A stretch of DNA of 64,000 bases from Nitrospiria bacterium (lineage in GTDB: Bacteria; Nitrospirota; Nitrospiria; SBBL01; JAADHI01), in assembly GCA_945787655.1 (NCBI GenBank), contig CALZIJ010000009.1, positions 3,588 to 67,587 of the forward strand, written 5' to 3'. Made by a program: the position numbers and the translations under genes. The notes beneath the pieces were generated by a model. The model saw only the letters and a program-made list of their open reading frames with translations. It searched no databases and had not been told where the DNA came from. This document shows, piece after piece, positions 53,607 to 61,657 of the stretch; the first letter of the stretch is position 1, and the number at the start of each line of letters is the position of its first letter.

Positions 53607-55991
53607 TTAAGATCCCAACCCCAAGCGTTCCAGTCTCAATACATTACCGGCCTTTTTTATGACCGGAGCGATGAATGCATCATAAAGTCCTCTCGCAAAA
53701 AATCGGCCAAACCGGGCCTGCGCTTCAAGCCGCTGTTTGAGACTATCGCTGTGTAAAACCTTCACAGTGGTTAATTGTGTAATGAAGTCCTTTGGTAAAA
53801 TACGTAAAATCCCCCTGCCAACGATGGGCTCCGACTGGCTTTCGCCCTGATGCACGGTAATAAACAAAGTGGTTGTGTCCTCCCACATATCAAAACCGGG
53901 ATCATCCTTGATTTCTTTAAAACCATCAAAATAATAATCACTGCCGTCTTCTGCATGGAGTTTCATGCGATACCGCATTTGATACGCATCGGGATGGTCC
54001 GGGTCTTTGACGAAAAGATTAAAAAACCCTTCCGTCACCGACAACGGAGACTCAGAAAGCGCAGGAGCACGCATACTGCCGACAATCCGGCCTTCGTGTT
54101 TCTCATCTTCGATCATTAAATCCAGATCTTCCAGAATGACCGTCAGCGTAAATTCAAAAGGTGAGTTCGATTTTTTCCCCGCTTGAGCGGCTTTTTGGTA
54201 GTCCTCTTTTTCCTCTGTTGAGAAAAATCCCCGCATGGTTTCTGTAAACTGAAGTCCCACCGGCCGGCTTTGAGGTTGCGCATTGGACTGTGACGGCAGA
54301 TTATAATCGATCGTCCACCCCTTGTCTTTTGCCAATAATGCACAGGTCCGTTCCGCGATAGCGGAGATGGTTAAAAAAGGATTAATTCCCACCGACCTGG
54401 GGAGCACCGCGCCATCGCAGACATACAGGCCTTCGTAAACGGCGTCCCCGCTTTGTGAAGAAAACACCTGCCCCTTGTGATTGGTTACGCCGGATTCGGC
54501 CGCTTCTCCCATACAACAGCCGCCTAGCGGATGCACGGTCGTCAGACTATTGTTCGTAATATCACTCCAAAGCGGATTTTTCACATAGGTCCCGCCGCAG
54601 GCCGCCGTAGCCTCTTCCAAACGTTGATTGGCCACTTCAAAAATGGCTTGTTTGCCGACACCCGCCCAATCAATCCGGAGCCGGTCATCCTTCAAAGACA
54701 TCTTCCCATTCGCATCATCATGGGCCATAATTAAATAGGTCTGGGTATGATGAACGGCCCCGCGATAGGCGCCAAAAGTCATGCTTTCCAATTCACGCAC
54801 CTTTTCTTTCACAGAATCCACAAATCCTTCATCTGTATCCTCCCCGACAAACTTCGAAGCCGCCGCAAAAGCCGCAGGCAAGACACTGGATAAGGCCCCT
54901 GGAAGCGTCCCTTCCTCGATAACCAGGCCATCCTCCAGATTATCTTGATGCCGCATATCAATAATTCCAGTGATACACGGCCCGACCGGATCCATTTTTT
55001 TGGGGTCTTTGTCCCCAAACCCGATCGCATTGATTTCTATATCGTTGTTGTAACCAAACCCCAGTACGTCCGCATTGCCGCTGAAACGCGCTCCCACTTG
55101 ATCCGAAAGCGAAAGCCCTTCAGCCTTGGAGCGCAGCAAAATTTCAGTGGACCCTAAAGCCCCCGCGCCCAGGATGACGTTGTCGGCAGTGACAAACATC
55201 GTGGGCGCATCAAACTTTTCACGGCCTGAATTCAAGAGTTGATAATGCACCACCCACTTGCCGTTTTCCCGCTCCAGTCGGCGGACGGCGATCTTCGTAT
55301 AGATTTCTGCGCCATGGTTTTTCGCATCCGGCAAATAATTCATCAGGGTTGTATTCTTTGCCCCGACATTGCATCCCGAAACACAATCTCCGCAAAAATT
55401 ACACGCATCCTGATGCACTCCGACATGATTAACCCCGGATTCAAAGGTGACATCAATCGGAAGCCGGTAGGTCTTTTGATTCATGCAGGCTGCGGATTTT
55501 TCAATGGCTTCCAATTTGGGCAGGCGAGGGGCATTTTCAGGGTAAGGATTGGGTTTCAGCATGGCTTCCGCGTGTTGATAACCTTCTTCCACCAAAGTAT
55601 TCAAATCATCCCGAAAGGCCTTAGGCCATCGCGGATCATCAAACACGCGGTCTTCGGCCCGAACGGCCACATTGGCATTGATTAGAGAAGTTCCTCCAAG
55701 ACCGGAGCCGATAACCACGTTGATGTCATCATTAACGCGAAAATCGAATAAATCAGTCTCGGAACCCAAATGTCCTTTTGGAGTATCAATTTGAAACTCC
55801 TCCAAAGCCTCCGAGCTGGTATCGGGATATTCCCCCGGCAACATTTCTTTTCCACGCTCAAGCACACAAACGGCCTGCCCGGCACGGGCCATCCGTGATG
55901 CCGCAATCCCGCCTCCGTAACCGGACCCCACGACGACTACGGGATAATGATCTTTCAAGTTTTTAATATCTGAAGCGAGACGATTCATCAA
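53607..55991 (-). CDS. GMC-family FAD oxidoreductase (cholesterol-oxidase-like) with about 215-aa C-terminal extension
   Basis: 794 aa. VVVGSGYGGGIAASRMARAGQAVCVLERG (Rossmann GxGxxG). GSGLGGTSLINANV. HPLGGCCMG. YVCDGAVLP. The extension from about aa 578 is homologous to the patatin protein's C-terminus. Confidence 0.85.
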   Translation of the reverse strand: MMNRLASDIKNLKDHYPVVVVGSGYGGGIAASRMARAGQAVCVLERGKEMLPGEYPDTSSEALEEFQIDTPKGHLGSETDLFDFRVNDDINVVIGSGLGGTSLINANVAVRAEDRVFDDPRWPKAFRDDLNTLVEEGYQHAEAMLKPNPYPENAPRLPKLEAIEKSAACMNQKTYRLPIDVTFESGVNHVGVHQDACNFCGDCVSGCNVGAKNTTLMNYLPDAKNHGAEIYTKIAVRRLERENGKWVVHYQLLNSGREKFDAPTMFVTADNVILGAGALGSTEILLRSKAEGLSLSDQVGARFSGNADVLGFGYNNDIEINAIGFGDKDPKKMDPVGPCITGIIDMRHQDNLEDGLVIEEGTLPGALSSVLPAAFAAASKFVGEDTDEGFVDSVKEKVRELESMTFGAYRGAVHHTQTYLIMAHDDANGKMSLKDDRLRIDWAGVGKQAIFEVANQRLEEATAACGGTYVKNPLWSDITNNSLTTVHPLGGCCMGEAAESGVTNHKGQVFSSQSGDAVYEGLYVCDGAVLPRSVGINPFLTISAIAERTCALLAKDKGWTIDYNLPSQSNAQPQSRPVGLQFTETMRGFFSTEEKEDYQKAAQAGKKSNSPFEFTLTVILEDLDLMIEDEKHEGRIVGSMRAPALSESPLSVTEGFFNLFVKDPDHPDAYQMRYRMKLHAEDGSDYYFDGFKEIKDDPGFDMWEDTTTLFITVHQGESQSEPIVGRGILRILPKDFITQLTTVKVLHSDSLKQRLEAQARFGRFFARGLYDAFIAPVIKKAGNVLRLERLGLGS

Positions 55992-56300
55992 AGCACCTCC
56001 ATAACATATTCTTTTCTAACATTTTGATTTTGTCAGAATTATAATTCAAAAAGATTGGCCTGATCTTCCCAGTCAACTAGCCCGCTGGAATATACAATCT
56101 GTGCATCAAACGCATCAGGGAAAATACCGGAAGAAGTGTATCAGAACGAATGTATTTTCTCTATACAGAAATACAAAACCATTGTCAAGAATATCCGGTT
56201 CATGGGTAATCGCCATCCTGTTATAAATTTTTTCAGCATTGTTTGGCCGGTTTATTGTAAAATAGCGTCCTGATTCTAACGGTAAAAACCAGGGAAACCG

Positions 56301-59018
56301 ATGAAAGCCACGACACCGCTCATGAAACAATTCCTTGAGATCAAGGGAAGTCACCCGGATACCATTCTTTTTTTCCGCGTCGGCGACTTTTACGAAATGT
56401 TTTATGAAGATGCAGTCAAGGCTTCAAAAATCTTGCAAATCACACTGACTTCCCGCGATAAAAACAGTGCAAACCCGATTCCGCTGTGCGGCGTTCCCTA
56501 CCATGCGGCATCCGCTTACATTGCCCGTTTAATCCGGAGCGGAGAGTCCATTGCGGTTTGCGAACAGGTCGAAGCGGCAAGCGCGGCCAAGGGCATTGTT
56601 CGCCGGGAAGTGGTTCGGGTTATCACCCCCGGCACGGTCATTGAACCGGAATTACTATCTGAAAAAGAAAATAACTTCCTCGCGGCATTAAACTGGAAGC
56701 CCCGTAAAAACCCCCAAAATGCAAGAGACATCGGCTTGGCTTGTATCGACCTTTCCACCGGGGATTTCCAAATGCTGGCTGAGGACATGTCCTGGCCTGA
56801 CATTGAAGCCGAACTCATGAAAATTGCTCCCAAGGAAATCCTCCTGTCTTCACACTGGCAAAAACAAGAAGGCGATATCTCCCCGTTTTTAAAACAGTGG
56901 TCCCTTCGCTTCGTGCCTGCCGCCCAGTTTCAAACAAAAGACGCAGAAACCGTGCTGACCACGCATTTTAAAGTTCACTCCACAGCCGCATTTGGCGGAG
57001 GGGCTTTGTCCCTGGCGGCCGCGGGTGCATTACTCCGTCACCTTGAAACCACACAAAAAAAATCCCTGGGCAACATTGCCGCGCTCCGGCCCATTTTATC
57101 AAGCGGCACCCTGCGGATACATCCGCTCGCGTTAAAACATCTCGACCTCGTCCCGATGTACAAAAATCAACAGGGAGGCACCTTGTTTGATTTACTGGAT
57201 CAGTGCGTGACGGCGATGGGGAGCCGGTCCTTAAAAACAACAATTCTTCGGCCGATGATGGACATTCAAACCATAAAAAAACGTCAAAACGGGGTGACTT
57301 TTTTTTATGATCACCTTTCCTTGAGAAAAAACCTTCGGGATCGTTTAAAACAAATGTCCGACCTAGAGCGGCTGATCGCTCGAATCAGCCTCAATGCATC
57401 CCAGCCGCGCGATTTAATCGCCCTGAAAAACTCGGTCTCCCTGCTGCCGGAGATCCAAAAAACCCTGCTTCAACTGGACGATGCCACAACCAAAAACCTG
57501 CATCCGGCTGTCATCTCGGATCTCCTTTCCGATTGGGACAATATTGAATCTATTGTACACACCGTCACCCAAGCCATTGTTCCTGAGCCTCCTTTTTCCC
57601 TAAAAGAAGGCGGCGTCATTCAAACCGGCTATCTTCCGGAACTGGATGAATTACGCCGGTTTCAAAAAGAAGGGCGTTCAATGTTGTCTCAGATTGAGCA
57701 GCAAGAACGGCAGCGCACGGGGATCGATTCTCTGAAAATCCGTTACAACCAGGTTCATGGTTACTATATCGAGGTTAGCAAAAGCCATCTCAGTAAAATC
57801 CCTCCTGATTACATTCGGAAACAGACTTTGGCAAATGCCGAACGATACATGACCAAGGAACTCAAAACACTGGAAGAAAAACTCACCGGGGCCAAAGAAG
57901 CCCTGATTGCACTTGAAGCACAGGTATTTGAAGAAATTCGTTATGACCTGTCTCAAGAAACGGCACGGGTGCAGCACATGGCGAAGGCCGTCGCTTTGCT
58001 GGATCTCCTCTCGGCTCTGGCGGAAACGGCGCAATATCATCATTACTGCAAACCGGAATTGCAGGATGACGGTCTGATTCAGATTACTGAAGGACGACAC
58101 CCCGTCCTCGAATCCGGGATGACCGGCGGAAAAGAAAGCTTTATTCCCAATGATGCGTATATTCATCCCACCGAAGCACCGCTTCTGATTTTAACCGGGC
58201 CCAACATGGCCGGAAAATCGACTTATATGCGGCAAATCGCCCTCATTGTCCTGATGGCGCAGATGGGCAGTTATGTCCCGGCCAGCAAAGCGGTCATTGG
58301 CGTGACGGATCAGATCTTTACACGTGTCGGAGCACAGGATGCCTTAAATGAGGGGATGAGCACTTTCATGGTCGAAATGACCGAGATGTCTCAGATTTTA
58401 AGGCACGCCACTGAAAAAAGCTTGATTTTACTTGATGAGATCGGTCGGGGCACCAGTACCTTTGACGGCATCAGCATTGCCTGGGCAATCGCGGAATATG
58501 TGCACAACACCCTCAAAGCCCGGACACTGTTTGCCACGCACTACCACGAATTAACCGGACTTTCGATGATTTATCCCGGGATTAAAAACTTTCATGTCCT
58601 CGTGCGTGAATGGGGTGAGGAGATTGTTTTTTTAAGGAAAATGGTGGAAGGCGGTTCCGACAAAAGTTATGGCATTCAGGTCGGACGCCTTGCCGGATTA
58701 CCCTCCGACATCATTCATCGGGCCAAAGCGGTTTTAAAAACACTGGATCAAAACGCAGGGGATACCCCGCTTCATACCCACTTTCTGGATGCTTCCACTT
58801 CGGAAAAAGCCCAGCAACCCGGGCTTTTTTCACCTCCACCGTCCCCGCCGCAAGTTCAAAGGATCGTGCCAGACTTTACAGATCATCCGGTCCTCTCGGC
58901 CTTAAATAAAATTGACCCGATGCACCTGACGCCCTTGCAGGCGCTCCAGGTTTTAGCCGACCTTAAGGCACAAATGGAGGAAAAAACTGATCATGAGCCC
59001 GATATTGGCCTATCTTGA
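56301..59018 (+). CDS. mutS: DNA mismatch repair protein MutS
   Basis: 905 aa. TPLMKQFLEIKGSHPDTILFFRVGDFYEMF, GPNMAGKSTYMRQ, DEIGRGTSTFDG. Confidence 0.97.
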   Translation: MKATTPLMKQFLEIKGSHPDTILFFRVGDFYEMFYEDAVKASKILQITLTSRDKNSANPIPLCGVPYHAASAYIARLIRSGESIAVCEQVEAASAAKGIVRREVVRVITPGTVIEPELLSEKENNFLAALNWKPRKNPQNARDIGLACIDLSTGDFQMLAEDMSWPDIEAELMKIAPKEILLSSHWQKQEGDISPFLKQWSLRFVPAAQFQTKDAETVLTTHFKVHSTAAFGGGALSLAAAGALLRHLETTQKKSLGNIAALRPILSSGTLRIHPLALKHLDLVPMYKNQQGGTLFDLLDQCVTAMGSRSLKTTILRPMMDIQTIKKRQNGVTFFYDHLSLRKNLRDRLKQMSDLERLIARISLNASQPRDLIALKNSVSLLPEIQKTLLQLDDATTKNLHPAVISDLLSDWDNIESIVHTVTQAIVPEPPFSLKEGGVIQTGYLPELDELRRFQKEGRSMLSQIEQQERQRTGIDSLKIRYNQVHGYYIEVSKSHLSKIPPDYIRKQTLANAERYMTKELKTLEEKLTGAKEALIALEAQVFEEIRYDLSQETARVQHMAKAVALLDLLSALAETAQYHHYCKPELQDDGLIQITEGRHPVLESGMTGGKESFIPNDAYIHPTEAPLLILTGPNMAGKSTYMRQIALIVLMAQMGSYVPASKAVIGVTDQIFTRVGAQDALNEGMSTFMVEMTEMSQILRHATEKSLILLDEIGRGTSTFDGISIAWAIAEYVHNTLKARTLFATHYHELTGLSMIYPGIKNFHVLVREWGEEIVFLRKMVEGGSDKSYGIQVGRLAGLPSDIIHRAKAVLKTLDQNAGDTPLHTHFLDASTSEKAQQPGLFSPPPSPPQVQRIVPDFTDHPVLSALNKIDPMHLTPLQALQVLADLKAQMEEKTDHEPDIGLS

Positions 59019-59073
59019 TTGACATTTTTTCCCAAAATCGATTAGTCTTCACTTTCAACGATCTATAAAAGGC

Positions 59074-60615
59074 ATGGGTCAAATGGATCAAAAACAGATT
59101 GCTGCGATCTACCATCAGGAAACCAAGTATTATGAAACAAAAATGGCGGATCAGCAAAAACCGCTCAACTGGGATGCACAACCTTCCCCTTTTAAGGCAT
59201 ATCACACCGAAAAAAAAATTGACCTTTCACCCTATTTGCCTTTAAGGACCAATCCTTTTACAGGAAAACCCATCGAACCCGTACCTGAAGAAAAAGGATA
59301 CCCCTTTACTTTGGGTGCACTGTCCCGTTTACTTTATTTTACTAACGGGGTCACCGGCATCTTGCAATATCCCAATGGAGAAAGCCTTGCGATGCGCGCC
59401 GCGCCAACCGCGGGAGGACTGTACCCAGTGGAGATTTATGTGGCGGTTCGCAATAATTCAGTGCTTGAAGACGGCATTTACAATTTTCAGTCCAATGACC
59501 ATTCCCTTGCGCTCGCATGGGAAGGGGATTTCTGGACTGAATTTGAAAAATATTGTTTCGACCATGAAGCCATTGCATCCTCAAAACTGCTGGTGATTAC
59601 CACGGCTGTTTTTCAACGCAGTGCCTGGCGCTATCACGAACGGGCCTACCGTCGAATCCTACTGGATACGGGACATATTCTCGGAAACCTGGTCACCTAT
59701 GCTACGGAAGAAGGATTCTATTCCTATCCCATTGGTGAATTTGTGGACCATTTATTAAACCGGCTTCTTTTTCTGGAAGAGGGGCTTGAAGGCATCCTTT
59801 CAGTGGTCGCGTTACCGCAAACTCCGGTTCATGTCGATCCAGCACATCATCAGGCGCCGCATTGTTCCCAGGCCGAAATCGAAGTGAGCGGACTCGACCC
59901 CTTGCTCCTGCAGCTTCACAAAGGGTCGTCCATTCAACAATTAATCGACGAATCCCCGCGAAAAACACAAACACCCCCTTCTCCTGACGCACTGGAGAAA
60001 AAATACGCCCTTAAGGAAAACATTTTACTCACTGGAGAACCCATTGATTGGGCCGGAGGAGTCGGCCAAACCATACTGTTGCGCCGCTCTACACGAGCCT
60101 TTACGGGGGAGTCCTTTTCCAGAGAAGAACTCGCCTCTATCCTGGAATATGGTTATGCCTCACCCTCCTCTTCGCGCTCCCTGCTCTTTGCGCCGTCCTT
60201 TCTTGAAACCTATGTTCTGGTTCAACACATTGATGGTTTGGAAAAAGGGGTTTATTATTACGCACCCGTCACGAGAGAACTGCGGCTGATTTATGCGGGG
60301 GACTTTGAAAATCAAAGCTGGCATTTCTGCCTTGGCCAGGAACTTGCGAGGGATGCGGCGGCGCTGGTGATTCATACTTCACACCTTGAAAACGCCATGA
60401 AATATTATGGTAATCGTGCCTACCGATATTTGCATATGGACGCCGGACACATTGGGGAGCGCCTCAATTTATCCGCGATCAAACTGGAACTGGGCGTCAG
60501 CGGCATCGGGGGATTTTATGATGACGAAGTAAACGCACTGCTAGGACTCCCGCTGGAACAAATCATCATCTACATTACAACATTGGGGCAGCCGCATGGC
60601 CTGCACCGATCGTAA
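59074..60615 (+). CDS. Tandem nitroreductase-fold protein of the SagB/ThcOx dehydrogenase type
   Basis: 513 aa. IYHQETKYY near the N-terminus. RAAPTAGGLYPVEIYV in domain 1. LLRRSTRAFTGE... and ...YRYLHMDAGHIGERL in domain 2. Confidence 0.65.
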   Translation: MGQMDQKQIAAIYHQETKYYETKMADQQKPLNWDAQPSPFKAYHTEKKIDLSPYLPLRTNPFTGKPIEPVPEEKGYPFTLGALSRLLYFTNGVTGILQYPNGESLAMRAAPTAGGLYPVEIYVAVRNNSVLEDGIYNFQSNDHSLALAWEGDFWTEFEKYCFDHEAIASSKLLVITTAVFQRSAWRYHERAYRRILLDTGHILGNLVTYATEEGFYSYPIGEFVDHLLNRLLFLEEGLEGILSVVALPQTPVHVDPAHHQAPHCSQAEIEVSGLDPLLLQLHKGSSIQQLIDESPRKTQTPPSPDALEKKYALKENILLTGEPIDWAGGVGQTILLRRSTRAFTGESFSREELASILEYGYASPSSSRSLLFAPSFLETYVLVQHIDGLEKGVYYYAPVTRELRLIYAGDFENQSWHFCLGQELARDAAALVIHTSHLENAMKYYGNRAYRYLHMDAGHIGERLNLSAIKLELGVSGIGGFYDDEVNALLGLPLEQIIIYITTLGQPHGLHRS

Positions 60616-60655
60616 TCGAATATCCGCATCTGTATTGAAAGGAGATCATTTTTAA

Positions 60656-60937
60656 ATGGCCAAGGTCAACTGCATTCGCTGCGAGAAAACACAGGAAGAA
60701 ATTGAAGGCACGCCTTATGGTGGAAAAATCGGACAAACCCTGCAAGAAAAGATTTGCAACGTTTGCTGGAAAGAATGGTATGAGCAATCCATTAAAATTA
60801 TCAATGAATACCACGTCAGCCTTCGGGATCAAAAAGGACGGGATTTTTTAGCCACCCAAATGAAACTCTTTTTAAAACTGGAAACACCTGAAGATGAAAC
60901 CGCCGTTCAGGTCGAAGATACCCCGCCCAAACCTTAA
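60656..60937 (+). CDS. yggX: Fe(2+)-trafficking / oxidative-damage protection protein YggX
   Basis: MAKVNCIRCEKTQEEIEGTPYGGKIGQTLQEKICNVCWKEW...IINEY... follows the YggX pattern. Confidence 0.8.
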   Translation: MAKVNCIRCEKTQEEIEGTPYGGKIGQTLQEKICNVCWKEWYEQSIKIINEYHVSLRDQKGRDFLATQMKLFLKLETPEDETAVQVEDTPPKP

Positions 60938-60942
60938 AACCC

Positions 60943-61596
60943 GTGAAACCGAAGACGAACCAGAGCAATCAGAAAACACGGCAGCGTACCGCCTTAATCC
61001 TCAAACGGCTCGAGCAATCCATCCCCGATGCCGATACGGCATTAGCGTATGAAACCCCCTTTCAGCTTTTAATTGCAACTATCCTCTCTGCCCAATGCAC
61101 AGATGTTCGTGTCAATCAGGTCACACCAAAACTCTTTAAAACCTTTCCTGGGCCGAAAGACTTTATTCAAGGTGATCCGGAGCTAGTGATTGAATTGATC
61201 CGTTCCACCGGATTTTTTAACAACAAAGCCAAAAATATTATTGCCGCCTCCCGGCAACTGATCGAATTACATGACGGGAAAGTCCCCGAGAACTTGGAAG
61301 ACCTGGTGTCACTTCCCGGCGTCGGGCGAAAAACCGCAAATGTGGTGCTCGGCACGGCTTTTGGCCGACCCTCTGTCGTTGTGGACACCCATGTCCGCCG
61401 TGTTTCCAACCGTCTGGGTTTATCAAAATCATCCGATCCCGAAAAAATCGAGCACGACCTCATGTGTCTTCTGCCTGAAAAAAAATGGACCTCCGGCGCA
61501 CACCGCCTGCTTTTGCACGGCCGTTATACCTGCAAAGCCAGAAAACCCATGTGCGATCAATGCGTGCTGGCGGATTTGTGTCCCTCTGTGGCTTGA
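60943..61596 (+). CDS. nth: Endonuclease III
   Basis: GTG start. FQLLIATILSAQCTD, HhH LPGVGRKTANVVL, VDTHVRRV, [4Fe-4S] ligands CKARKPMCDQCVLADLC. Confidence 0.93.
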   Translation: MKPKTNQSNQKTRQRTALILKRLEQSIPDADTALAYETPFQLLIATILSAQCTDVRVNQVTPKLFKTFPGPKDFIQGDPELVIELIRSTGFFNNKAKNIIAASRQLIELHDGKVPENLEDLVSLPGVGRKTANVVLGTAFGRPSVVVDTHVRRVSNRLGLSKSSDPEKIEHDLMCLLPEKKWTSGAHRLLLHGRYTCKARKPMCDQCVLADLCPSVA

Positions 61597-61657
61597 TTAG
61601 AAAGGTTTATATTCCAAAAGCGATTGGATGGTTACCCCGCATAAAAAATAAAAATGC

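Noticed and set aside
55239-55685. 148-aa plus-strand ORF opposite the GMC oxidoreductase (similar cases: 57678-58166 opposite mutS, 62783-63268 opposite rnr, 52348-52842, 43458-43841, 44056-44472)
   Set aside because: All are embedded antisense to strongly supported genes and lack any motif or start context.
56115-56354. 79-aa minus-strand ORF in the GMC/mutS intergenic region
   Set aside because: It overlaps the mutS start. It has no Shine-Dalgarno sequence and no recognisable features, and the region is better explained as a divergent promoter region.
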